Below, piece by piece: positions 18,753 to 27,823 of a stretch of 64,000 nucleotides of DNA (within the stretch, counting starts at the first letter, position 1; every line of letters starts with the position of its first letter). Position numbers and translations under genes: made by a program. The notes beneath the pieces were generated by a model. It saw only the letters and a list, made by a program, of their open reading frames with translations. It was not told the origin of the DNA and did no database searches. The DNA comes from Pyrinomonadaceae bacterium. Lineage in GTDB: Bacteria > Acidobacteriota > Blastocatellia > Pyrinomonadales > Pyrinomonadaceae. The stretch covers positions 127-64,126 of the forward strand of contig JBGSXN010000044.1 in NCBI GenBank assembly GCA_041751355.1, written 5' to 3'.

Positions 18753-19061
18753 ATGGCAACAAGCGCCGAGTGGCACGAAGACTACGACAAAATGAGCGAC
18801 GCTGCCCGCAATTTTTCGCGGGCGGTCAAATCGGTCCAGGAAGAGCTCGAGGCTGTCGATTGGTATAACCAGCGGGCCGAGGCAACGACCGATATGCAAC
18901 TTCGCCGCATTCTGGAACACAACCGCGATGAAGAGATCGAGCATGCGATCATGGGCCTTGAATGGCTCAGGCGGAATAGCCCGGCTTTTCAGGAACACAT
19001 GAAAACGTACCTCTTTACCGAAGGCGATATTATCGAGATCGAAGAACACGCAGAAACTTAA
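18753..19061 (+). CDS. encapsulated-ferritin-like (EncFtn family) ferroxidase, without a recognisable encapsulin-targeting tail
   Basis: VQEELEAVDWYNQRAEATTD...ILEHNRDEEIEHAIMGLEWLRRNSPAFQEHMKTYLFTEG closely follows the EncFtn pattern as I remember it (EELEAVDWY, HNRDEExEHA, LEWLRR). Confidence 0.75.
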   Translation: MATSAEWHEDYDKMSDAARNFSRAVKSVQEELEAVDWYNQRAEATTDMQLRRILEHNRDEEIEHAIMGLEWLRRNSPAFQEHMKTYLFTEGDIIEIEEHAET

Positions 19062-19966
19062 TGGAAAAGCCCTTTCCCGAAATGCCGCTCACGGAGTGGC
19101 GAGCGACCAAGAACACGCTGCATCTTTACCTGCAGATCGTCGGAAAGATCCGCCTAAAGATGCACCCGCGCATCAACCACTGGTGGCACGTACCGTTCTA
19201 TGTGAGCCCGCGGGGCCTGACGACGAGAACGATCCCCTGCAAGGGCGGCAATTTTGAGATCGAGTTCGATTTCTGCTCTCACGAGCTAAAGATGAGGACA
19301 AGCAGCGGCCGGGACGAAGATTTCGCCCTGTACGACGGCCTCAGCGTCGCAGATTTCTACGCCAGCGTGATGGCAAACCTCGCAAAGCTGGGCATCACGC
19401 CCGAGATCAGGGCCGTTCCGTACGAAGCTCCGTCAACGACGCCGTTTGCCGACGACCACGAGAACAACTCGTACGACAAGAAATACGTCGAGAGGTTCTT
19501 TAAGATACTCGTCGCTGTTGACGATATTTTCGAAGAGTTCCGCGGGCGCTTCACCGGTAAATCGACGCCCGTTCACCTATTCTGGCACAGCTTTGATCTG
19601 GCGCTGACTCGATTTTCCGGGAAAGTCGCACCGCCGCGTGAAACCGGCAATATAGTCGAACGCGAGGCATATTCGCACGAGGTTATCAGCTTTGGATTCT
19701 GGTTTGGTGACGACAACGTTCCGGCCCCGGCCTTCTATTCTTATACGGCACCGGAGCCCGAAGGACTCGCCGAGGAACCTTTGCCGCCGCCGGCAAATTG
19801 GCAGGAAGCAAACGGCTCGCACATGGCGCTGCTGATGTACGATGACATTCGCGATTCAGATGATCCGCGGCAAGTAGTGCTCGATTTTCTCGAGGCGGCC
19901 TATCAGGCCGGCGCAAAACGTGCCGGCTGGGACATCGAACAATTTCGCATGGCCGAGCATGCTTGA
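19061..19966 (+). CDS. DUF5996-like protein of unknown function
   Basis: The start ATG shares one base with the upstream TAA (TAATG). The protein is 301 aa. The N-terminus MPLTEWRATKNTLHLYLQIVGKIRL is recalled as DUF5996-like, with low certainty. Confidence 0.5.
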   Translation: MEKPFPEMPLTEWRATKNTLHLYLQIVGKIRLKMHPRINHWWHVPFYVSPRGLTTRTIPCKGGNFEIEFDFCSHELKMRTSSGRDEDFALYDGLSVADFYASVMANLAKLGITPEIRAVPYEAPSTTPFADDHENNSYDKKYVERFFKILVAVDDIFEEFRGRFTGKSTPVHLFWHSFDLALTRFSGKVAPPRETGNIVEREAYSHEVISFGFWFGDDNVPAPAFYSYTAPEPEGLAEEPLPPPANWQEANGSHMALLMYDDIRDSDDPRQVVLDFLEAAYQAGAKRAGWDIEQFRMAEHA

Positions 19967-19996
19967 ATGCAGATTTAGATATTTTGGGAGGTAAAA

Positions 19997-20866
19997 ATGA
20001 GATCGATAATTTCTTTAGCAGTTTTGTTAATAGTGGCCCAGATCGGGTTTGCCCAAGGCGGCCAGGGACAGGGATTTAACGTCCCCACGCTTAGTCCGCT
20101 TTCCGAGATCACGCAGGAAGTTGCACTAACGAAAGTTAATCTGAGCTATGCCCGCCCGAGCGCAAAGGGCCGCAAGGTCTTCGGCGACCTTGTTCCTTTT
20201 GGCGAAGTCTGGCGCACCGGCGCCAACGCCTCGACCAAACTGACCTTCTCTGAGGACGTAAAGATCGAGGGCAATCCGCTCAAAGCCGGAACTTACGCTC
20301 TCTACACCATCCCCGATGAAACGGAATGGACGATCATCATTCACAGCAACACCAAACATCGCGCCATTGCCGGCGGGGTTTATAAACCGGAAGAGGACGT
20401 TTTTCGTTTCAAGGTAAAGCCCGCGAAAACATCTAATTTTGTCGAGACCTTTACGATCCAGTTCGGCGATATCACGACCAATTCCACAAAAGTGGCGCTC
20501 TCCTGGGAGAATACCGAGGTCAAGTTTGGCATCGAGTTCGACGTCCATAATCAGGTCGACAAACAGATCGCGACACTTGCCGCATCTCCAACGGGAATGA
20601 CCCACCAGAACCAGTTTCTTGCGGCCGAATATTACCTGCACAACGGCAGGGACCTCAATAAAGCCGACGAATGGATCTTGTCCGCGATGGCAAAAAGCCC
20701 GAAGAATTCTCGCTATGGTCTTCTCCGCGCCAAGATTCTCGACAAAGCCGGAAAACGCGCCGAAGCCCTCAAAGCAGTTGCCGAAGCCAACGCCTGGGCA
20801 ACCGAGGCCAAGAACACAAACTATATCCAGCAGACTAAGCAGTTCTGGGATTCGATAAAGAAGTAG
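19997..20866 (+). CDS. secreted DUF2911 domain protein with helical/TPR-like C-terminus
   Basis: Has a signal peptide and the DUF2911 hallmark FGDLVPFGEVWRTGANASTKLTFSEDV...LKAGTYALYTIP. Confidence 0.65.
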   Translation: MRSIISLAVLLIVAQIGFAQGGQGQGFNVPTLSPLSEITQEVALTKVNLSYARPSAKGRKVFGDLVPFGEVWRTGANASTKLTFSEDVKIEGNPLKAGTYALYTIPDETEWTIIIHSNTKHRAIAGGVYKPEEDVFRFKVKPAKTSNFVETFTIQFGDITTNSTKVALSWENTEVKFGIEFDVHNQVDKQIATLAASPTGMTHQNQFLAAEYYLHNGRDLNKADEWILSAMAKSPKNSRYGLLRAKILDKAGKRAEALKAVAEANAWATEAKNTNYIQQTKQFWDSIKK

Positions 20867-21031
20867 AAAGTAAGAATCTAGGCCTCAGTCTGTCACCTTC
20901 AAGCTTTAATCAAAGGCTTTCGGTTTCGGAGCCTCTTCTTTGTTCAACCCCGCTACGACTGTGTAGATCGGATCCATCATAATATCAGCCACGCGGACCG
21001 CTCGCGAGTTGCGGAGTGTTAGGACGAGCCT

Positions 21032-21556
21032 TTATCTTATTTCGAAGAAGACGGGATCACTATGGACATTGATCCACGTGTATTTGTCGACATCAATCTT
21101 GTCCACGCGAATCAGCACATGATACTTCCCGGGTATCCAGCCGTCAGTGATCGTCCACTTACTTACATCGATCGTTTTTCGCACTGAATCCTTCGGCCTA
21201 ACTCGCAACCCTCCGGGGGCGGAAACGAATTTGGGGAAGTCTACGTCAGGCCTCTTTAAGTAACGTTGACGTATATTTGGCAACAGGTATATATCGGGTA
21301 GTTGGATAGCCAACGTTTCGCCGTTCCAAGCGTTGGGTGTAGTGACGGCACCCTGAACGATGATTTCTGCCTTCAAGCCATTATGGATGTCTATATCTAT
21401 TAGAATGGGTTCGCCAGATTCGAACACGGCCTTGCGCGGCTTGGCCGTAACCTTCACCGGGACCTGGCGATCTTTCGCCTGGTTGTAGCCAACAGTTGAC
21501 GAGATGTTGAAGATCAAGGCGAGAATGAATACTCGCAAAACCACTTTGGCTATCAT
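21032..21556 (-). CDS. secreted hypothetical protein (beta-rich)
   Basis: Has a signal peptide (MIAKVVLRVFILALIFNISS). I recognise no motif. Confidence 0.5.
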   Translation of the reverse strand: MIAKVVLRVFILALIFNISSTVGYNQAKDRQVPVKVTAKPRKAVFESGEPILIDIDIHNGLKAEIIVQGAVTTPNAWNGETLAIQLPDIYLLPNIRQRYLKRPDVDFPKFVSAPGGLRVRPKDSVRKTIDVSKWTITDGWIPGKYHVLIRVDKIDVDKYTWINVHSDPVFFEIR

Positions 21557-21655
21557 ATGCTGATTTCCTCGACCGGAATGTCACGACTCATGAGGATTAT
21601 ACTCCCTATCCTACTGACCAATGAACGGTGATTGTGATAAAACTTTACCAGCCCT

Positions 21656-22690
21656 ATGATCGACCTCCGCTCCGACACCGTAACCCGCCCGTCCGTAGCG
21701 ATGCGTGCCGCGATGGCCGCTGCCGAGGTCGGCGATGACGTTTTTGGCGAAGACCCGACCGTTAACCGCCTCCAGGAACGCGCGGCCGAGGTCTTCGAAA
21801 AAGAATCCGCCCTGTGGGTGCCGACCGGGTGCATGGGCAACGAGATCGCGGTTAAGGTCCATACAAAACCGGGGCAGGAGATCATAACCGAGGACCGCGG
21901 CCACATCCTCAATTACGAACTCGGCACCGCCGCGGTGATCTCGGGCGTGACGATCCGCGCCGTCAAAAGCGGAGATGGCTCCGGCCACCTCACCTGGGAT
22001 GAGATCCAACCTGCATTAAAGATCGATCCGCCTTACTATCAGGCAGAGACCGGCCTCATCTGTCTCGAAAATACCCACAATTTCGCCGGCGGCAGCGTGA
22101 TGACGGCAGAACACTGCGCCGAAATCTGCAAAAAGGCGCATACCGTTGGTCTGCCCGTCCACATGGATGGAGCACGCATATTCAACGCCGCCATCGCCCT
22201 GAATACATCGGTCGCCGAACTTACGCGACACTGCGGTTCCGTCATGTTCACGCTATCAAAAGGGCTCGGTTCTCCGGCCGGATCGATACTGCTTGGATCA
22301 AAGGAATTTATAAAAGAAGCCCGCATCTGGCGAAAGCGTCTCGGCGGCGGCATGCGTCAGATCGGCATCCTCGCCGCCGCCGGCCTCATAGCGCTCGAAG
22401 AAGGCCCGAAAAACCTTCACATCGACCATGAGAACGCCCGTCGTCTCGCCCACGGCCTGGCCTCGATCGATGGCATTAAGCTCGATCCGGCCGCTGTGGT
22501 TACAAACATCGTCATCTTCGATATTTCCAACACCGGCCGGCAACCGGATCAGCTTTGTGCCGAATTAAAAGAGAATGGCATACTCGCCATCGGCTGGGAC
22601 ACGGTCATTCGCATGGTCACCCACTGCGATGTGACCGCCAAAGACATCGACGCGACCATAACCTGGGTCCGAGATGTGCTAGCCGAATAA
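21656..22690 (+). CDS. ltaE: low-specificity L-threonine aldolase
   Basis: MIDLRSDTVTRPS..MR.AM..AEVGDDVFGEDPTVNRLQE, plus the PLP lysine context FTLSKGLG. Confidence 0.88.
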   Translation: MIDLRSDTVTRPSVAMRAAMAAAEVGDDVFGEDPTVNRLQERAAEVFEKESALWVPTGCMGNEIAVKVHTKPGQEIITEDRGHILNYELGTAAVISGVTIRAVKSGDGSGHLTWDEIQPALKIDPPYYQAETGLICLENTHNFAGGSVMTAEHCAEICKKAHTVGLPVHMDGARIFNAAIALNTSVAELTRHCGSVMFTLSKGLGSPAGSILLGSKEFIKEARIWRKRLGGGMRQIGILAAAGLIALEEGPKNLHIDHENARRLAHGLASIDGIKLDPAAVVTNIVIFDISNTGRQPDQLCAELKENGILAIGWDTVIRMVTHCDVTAKDIDATITWVRDVLAE

Positions 22691-22801
22691 ATTTTTGCCG
22701 ACGTCCATTTTAACAATTTAGACTTGATAGAAAATCTACCTGTCCCTGCAAATTCTGAGGTAAACTTGGTTTGCCGAAGTGTTCCCTTCGGCGGTTTCAA
22801 A

Positions 22802-23146
22802 ATGAATATCGAAGAACTTCGTGAATTCTGCACCGCGCTTCCCGGCGTCACCGAGGACGTAAAATGGGGCAATGATCTATGCTTCAGCGTGGGCAAAAAG
22901 ATGTTCACCGTAACCGGCGTTGACAACGTGGAGGGCGGCATCTCGATGAAGACCACGCCGGAAAAATTCGCCGAGCTTACCGAGCGTTCCGGCATAAGGC
23001 CTGCTCATTATGTTGCGAGATATCATTGGATAACGGTCGAGGATCCGGCTGCTGTGAGCCTCGACGAGTTGAGACAACTCATCCGAGAGTCATACCAGCT
23101 CGTTTTTGATAAACTACCCGCTAAGATCAAAAAGACGATCCCGTAA
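22802..23146 (+). CDS. MmcQ/YjbR family DNA-binding protein
   Basis: Internal ATG at 22802 (the track start is TTG). Shows LREFCTALPGVTEDVKWGNDLCFSVGKKMF. Confidence 0.65.
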   Translation: MNIEELREFCTALPGVTEDVKWGNDLCFSVGKKMFTVTGVDNVEGGISMKTTPEKFAELTERSGIRPAHYVARYHWITVEDPAAVSLDELRQLIRESYQLVFDKLPAKIKKTIP

Positions 23147-23149
23147 GAC

Positions 23150-23827
23150 ATGATCATAGCAATCGACGGCCCGAGCGGAGCGGGCAAATCCACCCTCGGC
23201 AAGATGCTTGCCAAAAAACTCGGCCTGCTTTACCTCGATACGGGTGCGATGTATCGTGCGGTTGCCTTGGCAGTGAGACGAGCGAATATTCCGTTCGACG
23301 AAACTGAGACGATCGCCGGTGTGGCCGAGAAAGCCCGGATCGAACTCGTCGGCGACCCCGATGCGATGAAGGTCTTCCTCGATGGCGACGATGTGTCAGT
23401 TGACATCCGTACTCTTGAGATCGCCCAGGCCGCATCCGTGGTTTCTACTATCTCAGAAGTGAGACGCATCATGGTCGAGCACCAGCGGGCGATCGGAATG
23501 TCGGCACCGGACGGATGCGTCCTCGAGGGGCGCGACATCGGCAGCGTCGTTTTCCCAAACGCGGATATAAAATTCTTTCTGACGGCAAAACCCGAGGCCC
23601 GCGCCCGCCGCCGTCATACCGAGGACCAGGCAAAGGGCCGCATCTCCACCTACGAACAGACCCTCGCCGAGATCAACGAGCGTGACGAGCGTGATGTAAA
23701 TAGAGACGACTCGCCCCTGACCATCGCCGACGACGCCAACGTCATCGACACCAGCGAACTTGACCTCACCGAAGTTTTCGAACAAATGTTGGGACGGATT
23801 CGTGAAACACAAAGTGCGGCTGCTTAG
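23150..23827 (+). CDS. cmk: cytidylate kinase
   Basis: IIAIDGPSGAGKSTLGKMLAKKLGLLYLDTGAMYRAV. Confidence 0.92.
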   Translation: MIIAIDGPSGAGKSTLGKMLAKKLGLLYLDTGAMYRAVALAVRRANIPFDETETIAGVAEKARIELVGDPDAMKVFLDGDDVSVDIRTLEIAQAASVVSTISEVRRIMVEHQRAIGMSAPDGCVLEGRDIGSVVFPNADIKFFLTAKPEARARRRHTEDQAKGRISTYEQTLAEINERDERDVNRDDSPLTIADDANVIDTSELDLTEVFEQMLGRIRETQSAAA

Positions 23828-23994
23828 ATTTACACTTGAACGTGAGGGATACTGGCAGGCTGCCTATGCACTTTTGCCGATGGCTCTCGGATTACTCGTC
23901 GCTTTGGTAGTGTGGCTCGAAGATCTCATCTGAGTCAAACTTCAGATCGTCGATCTCTCGCTTTCTACCGGCTTAGGTGTAACGCTTTAAAATT

Positions 23995-24273
23995 ATGAAA
24001 ACCTCGGATGTGATGGAATGTGTAAGATGCGGGGCCACGGCGATGCTCGAAGGTTTGCTGACAGACGGTTCATCCGGCGGAGATACTCTCTTCTGCTCAA
24101 ACGAAGTATCGTACATGAAGCGGATCTTCTCGATCGGCAACCGAAAGGTCAGGGCCTATGCCTGCCTTCATTGCTCACACCTAGAACTGATGGTCGAGTT
24201 CACAGATAAGGACCGTAAAAAGTACCAGGATTTCGAGGGCCCTCAACCCGGCGTCCTCGACCGCATCGGGTAG
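23995..24273 (+). CDS. hypothetical zinc-ribbon-like protein
   Basis: CVRCG ... CLHCSHLEL forms a four-Cys arrangement. The protein is 92 aa. Confidence 0.45.
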   Translation: MKTSDVMECVRCGATAMLEGLLTDGSSGGDTLFCSNEVSYMKRIFSIGNRKVRAYACLHCSHLELMVEFTDKDRKKYQDFEGPQPGVLDRIG

Positions 24274-24342
24274 CTGGAGCAATAGCGACAGGTGAAATGC
24301 CGGACGATCGAGGGTCGATGGGCAAAAATACGGTCGCTTTCA

Positions 24343-24684
24343 ATGTGGCAAAAGATGTCTCAGCACCGAGATAACAAAAACGACGAGGTTAAAGCGAGAT
24401 TAACTTGGATTCCGGCCACCAGAGCGGAACTATTCACGGTTGGTTCGAGCTATACAACCGTCGTCCGATTTGAAGACGAAAAGGACAAGTATCCCGCCGA
24501 AGCCTGGAGTTTGGTTGTCAAGTTCGATTCGTTGCCGGATGATACGGGTACTACGCTTACTAGTGTTCAGTTTCTCGTACAAGAAGCTCCGACATATTTG
24601 CTTCACCCGGGAAGCAAGTTTGAACTATACGAGGGACGGCAACTTGTCGCCTCTGGAGAGATCATCGAAACACCACACGATTGA
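24343..24684 (+). CDS. hypothetical protein
   Basis: From ORF 24292..24684 (GTG start in the track). ATG candidates are at 24343 and 24355. I recognise no motif. Confidence 0.4.
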   Translation: MWQKMSQHRDNKNDEVKARLTWIPATRAELFTVGSSYTTVVRFEDEKDKYPAEAWSLVVKFDSLPDDTGTTLTSVQFLVQEAPTYLLHPGSKFELYEGRQLVASGEIIETPHD

Positions 24685-24719
24685 GACACAATCCGCCCCG
24701 GAGCTTCTCAGCATAAAAT

Positions 24720-24748
24720 TTGACTTGCTCCCTCTTAATGGCTAACAT
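24720..24748 (+). promoter_or_regulatory. candidate sigma-70 promoter for the tRNA pair
   Basis: TTGACT (24720-24725), a 17-nt spacer, then TAACAT (24743-24748), 20 nt before tRNA-Arg. Confidence 0.35.
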
Positions 24749-24768
24749 CAAAAGTTGATTTTTGATAT

Positions 24769-24845
24769 GCTCCCGTAGCTCAGTTGGATAGAGCGACGGC
24801 CTTCTAAGCCGTAGGTCGCACGTTCGAGCCGTGCCGGGGGTACCA
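24769..24845 (+). tRNA. tRNA-Arg (anticodon TCT), CCA encoded
   Basis: Hand-folded cloverleaf. Acceptor GCTCCCG/CGGGGGT (two G-U pairs), D arm GCTC-AGTTGGATA-GAGC, anticodon arm ACGGC-CT TCT AA-GCCGT, T arm GCACG-TTCGAGC-CGTGC, then ACCA. Confidence 0.9.
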
Positions 24846-24923
24846 ATCCATTTTGGATTTGGGAATGCGGATTTTGGATTGAAGAAATCCGCGATCCGCG
24901 ATCAATAATCCAAAATCCGATAT
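24846..24923 (+). repeat. highly self-complementary tRNA-tRNA spacer built from GGATT/AATCC words
   Basis: A perfect 13-bp inverted repeat: CGGATTTTGGATT (24868-24880) and AATCCAAAATCCG (24907-24919). Smaller AATCC/GGATT hairpins and the tandem ATCCGCG ATCCGCG are also present. Confidence 0.8.
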
Positions 24924-25000
24924 GGCGGCTATAGTTCAGTGGTTAGAGCGCCTGATTGTGGTTCAGGATGTCGAGGGTTCGAATCCCTCTAGCCGCCCCA
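24924..25000 (+). tRNA. tRNA-His (anticodon GTG) with encoded G-1 and CCA
   Basis: G-1 followed by acceptor GCGGCTA/TAGCCGC, anticodon arm CCTGA-TT GTG GT-TCAGG, T arm GAGGG-TTCGAAT-CCCTC, discriminator C, then CCA. Confidence 0.92.
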
Positions 25001-25255
25001 TTTTTTCTCTCCATAGATTGCCATCAGCGTCGCTCTCCGGCCCCGGTCAAATATTCAGTCTATTCCAACTAATGATCGATATCGGGCGTCTAAGGATGTA
25101 GTTTTCGAATACGTTCGGCCAATATCGCACTTAGATTTAAGCGTCCCTATAAGGCTTGGTTTGTATTGCGGTACACGATTGAAGGGTGATATATTCTACA
25201 TTCATTTGAGCCTATTCGGCGGTCGGGATCATACTGTTAAACGCGCTTCTATTTA

Positions 25256-26230
25256 ATGAAAAGTTTTAAAATGAAATATATTTTTGCACGTTCAGGACGT
25301 TCTGCTTCGGTGTTGGCCGTTGCCCTGATGATGACTCTGTCGACTTTTTCTCAGGTTACCTTACATAGGGCTATAGACACGAAGGGCCTGGGGCGGGCAG
25401 ACCTTACTGTTTTTCGGCCTAGTGACAACACCTGGTACATTCGATCAGCCGACGGTTCGACTAGCTTCCAACAGTTTGGCATGGCCGGCGACGACATGAT
25501 GGCCCCGGGCGATTATGACGGTGACGGCAAGGGTGATATTGCAGTTTGGCGTGACACGACCGGCACCTGGTATATCCTGAATAGTTCAGATGGCACTGTC
25601 ACGATTAGGAATTGGGGCGTGTCAGGCGATGAGCCCGTTGCCAGGGATTATGATGGTGACGGAAAGACTGACATTGCTATCGTCCGCCGTTCGAATGGCC
25701 TTATGGTCTGGCATATCATTCAAAGTGCCGGTGGCATTCGGGAGACTCAGTGGGGAGCTGCAAGCGACTTCGCGACCCCGGGCGACTATGATGGGGACGG
25801 ACGATTTGACCTCTCTATCCATCGTCCGGGTGCCGCACCTAAGGATCCAGCGACATTTTGGACGTTGAATTCAAGCGGCGGGGCATCGATCGTCCAATGG
25901 GGTATTGGTACGGACCTGGTTGTCCCTGGCGACTATGATGGCGATGGCAAGACCGATTATGCCGTATTAAGAGAGGGCGAAACCCCAGAGTCTCCCCTGG
26001 TTTGGTGGATACTCCGCAGCACCGATGGCCCTATCGCCTACGGATTTGGAGCTACGGGTACGGATCTTAATGTCCAGAATGACTACGACGGTGACGGCAA
26101 GACCGATATTGCCATATGGCGCAACTCTGATGGCACATTTTGGTGGCTTCGCAGCAGTGACAACACGACAAATGCGAGTCAGTGGGGCATGTCTAACGAT
26201 TATCCGGTTGCCAGTTACGACACACATTGA
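25256..26230 (+). CDS. secreted FG-GAP/VCBS-like repeat protein
   Basis: Has a signal peptide and 6-7 repeats of GDYDGDGK(T)DIAVWR...GTWY. Confidence 0.75.
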   Translation: MKSFKMKYIFARSGRSASVLAVALMMTLSTFSQVTLHRAIDTKGLGRADLTVFRPSDNTWYIRSADGSTSFQQFGMAGDDMMAPGDYDGDGKGDIAVWRDTTGTWYILNSSDGTVTIRNWGVSGDEPVARDYDGDGKTDIAIVRRSNGLMVWHIIQSAGGIRETQWGAASDFATPGDYDGDGRFDLSIHRPGAAPKDPATFWTLNSSGGASIVQWGIGTDLVVPGDYDGDGKTDYAVLREGETPESPLVWWILRSTDGPIAYGFGATGTDLNVQNDYDGDGKTDIAIWRNSDGTFWWLRSSDNTTNASQWGMSNDYPVASYDTH

Positions 26231-26331
26231 TCGCAAGTACTATTTTGTTGACCGAATGGTTGAGGACTTTTCAGTCTTCAGCCATTCTTAGTTTTACGAC
26301 TAACTGGATTATAGTTACTCCAGACAACGTT

Positions 26332-27336
26332 ATGTCCGCTATTTTGGCTGCAATTCAGAACGACTTTCCGCTCAAAAAAGTCGTTATCGTCGGGGATCTC
26401 GTGGCCGACCAGTTTCTCAACGGAACTATCGCACGTGTTTCACGCGAGGCCCCGGTTTTCATCCTGCGGCACGAAGACACGGTTACCCTTCCGGGAGCTG
26501 CAGCCAACGCTGCGGTTAACGTGGCCTCACTCGGCGGCGAGGTTGTTCTGATCGGCTGTATAGGAAATGATCCCAATGGCACTATGCTCACCGATGCCCT
26601 CGAGAATGCGGGTGTCGGCTGCGACAACCTTTACCGCGGCGTGCAAATGAAGACTACGACCAAGCTGCGAGTGCTTGCGGGCCAGCATTATGCCGCACGG
26701 CAGCAGGTAATAAGGATCGACTACGAAAATTCGCCCGATCTGTCTGACGATGCCCGGGGCCAGCTTAGAGATCTTGTCGCTTCCGCTGCCGGGTCTGCTG
26801 ACGCTTTCATCATTTCCGACTATGGTTACGGAGCGGTATTTCCCGAACTTTTTGCTGATGCTCTAACACTGTGTAAAAAACGGGAAATTCCGATCATCGT
26901 TGATTCGCGATATGGCCTTAGCCAATTGGCTAACGCCACGACCGCCACGCCCAATCGTGAAGAAGCGGAGCAAATTCTGGGTGCCGATTTTACGAGCGAC
27001 GATTGTTCGCGCCTCGGCGAACGGCTGGGTCTTGAGGCCCTGCTTGTTACCAACGGCAATCAGGGAATGAGCCTTTTCGAACATGGAAAGCCGCCGCTGC
27101 ATCTGGACGCAGTAGGCTCGACGGAACCCGTCGATGTTACCGGCGCGGGCGATACCGTCATTGCTGCTTACTCACTGGGTCTCGCCGCCGGGCTGAGTTT
27201 CGCCGACGCCGCGACAGCTGCCAACCACGCGGGAGGGATCGTCGTTATGAAAAAACGGACGGCCTCTGTTACCGCGGACGAACTGGTTGGATCTCTTCGT
27301 AGCGATGCCGAAAGATCAACTTCTCATGCTCAATAA
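26332..27336 (+). CDS. hldA: D-glycero-beta-D-manno-heptose-7-phosphate kinase (RfaE domain I, PfkB family)
   Basis: Internal ATG at 26332. Shows KVVIVGDLVADQF..G...RVSREAPV, and C-terminal VDVTGAGDTVIA...ANHAGGIVV. Confidence 0.8.
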   Translation: MSAILAAIQNDFPLKKVVIVGDLVADQFLNGTIARVSREAPVFILRHEDTVTLPGAAANAAVNVASLGGEVVLIGCIGNDPNGTMLTDALENAGVGCDNLYRGVQMKTTTKLRVLAGQHYAARQQVIRIDYENSPDLSDDARGQLRDLVASAAGSADAFIISDYGYGAVFPELFADALTLCKKREIPIIVDSRYGLSQLANATTATPNREEAEQILGADFTSDDCSRLGERLGLEALLVTNGNQGMSLFEHGKPPLHLDAVGSTEPVDVTGAGDTVIAAYSLGLAAGLSFADAATAANHAGGIVVMKKRTASVTADELVGSLRSDAERSTSHAQ

Positions 27337-27823
27337 TGCAAACTTTGCTCCCGTTCTGAACCTCGACGACGCCGTCCGCGCAGCCGAGCGGCTCAGATCG
27401 GCCGGTGAAAAGATCATTCTAGCTAACGGGTGTTTCGATCTGATTCACGTAGGGCACATTCGGTATTTGTCCGGTGCGAAAGATCTCGGCGGGACGCTCA
27501 TTGTAGCTATTAATTCGGATCGTCAGACGCGACTGCTCAAGGGCTTCGGTCGTCCCTACGTACCGGAAAATGAGCGGGCTGAAATAATATCCGGGATCAG
27601 ATGTGTAGATATCGTGATTATATTTGACGAACCGACCGTCGAGAACGTCATTAGAACGATCAGGCCCGACTTTCACGCTAAAGGGACGGACTATACTTCT
27701 GAGTCTGTTCCCGAGCGGGATATCGTTCACGAATGCGGAGGAAGCGTGGTTATCGTCGGGGATCCGAAAGACCATTCCTCCACGCAGCTGATCGACGCTA
27801 TGAGCCGTCCGCAGGGTAATTGA
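27326..27823 (+). CDS. hldC: D-glycero-beta-D-manno-heptose-1-phosphate adenylyltransferase (RfaE domain II)
   Basis: ILANGCFDLIHVGHIRYL...LIVAINSD, a cytidylyltransferase fold. The start is uncertain (ATG at 27305 or 27326; the track gives 27287). It overlaps the hldA stop. Confidence 0.8.
   Translation: MLNNANFAPVLNLDDAVRAAERLRSAGEKIILANGCFDLIHVGHIRYLSGAKDLGGTLIVAINSDRQTRLLKGFGRPYVPENERAEIISGIRCVDIVIIFDEPTVENVIRTIRPDFHAKGTDYTSESVPERDIVHECGGSVVIVGDPKDHSSTQLIDAMSRPQGN

Noticed and set aside
19061-19966. Could the 301-aa protein after the EncFtn-like gene be a divergent encapsulin shell?
   Set aside because: The size is right, but nothing in the sequence resembles family-1 encapsulins as I remember them, and the EncFtn-like protein lacks a targeting tail. 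I cannot support the call without structure prediction, so it is kept only as a check under the finding.
20930-21004. 24-codon minus-strand mini-ORF (MMDPIYTVVAGLNKEEAPKPKAFD) in the convergent gap after the DUF2911 gene.
   Set aside because: It is too short, with no ribosome-binding site or recognisable motif.
25001-26230. Genomic island integrated at the tRNA-His 3' end.
   Set aside because: I saw no integrase, no direct repeat of the tRNA 3' end downstream, and the following genes look chromosomal.
26227-27823. Possibility that hldA and hldC are a frameshifted bifunctional hldE pseudogene.
   Set aside because: Separate kinase and adenylyltransferase genes are a normal arrangement in many bacteria. 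Both ORFs are full length with intact motifs, and the short overlap looks like ordinary translational coupling.
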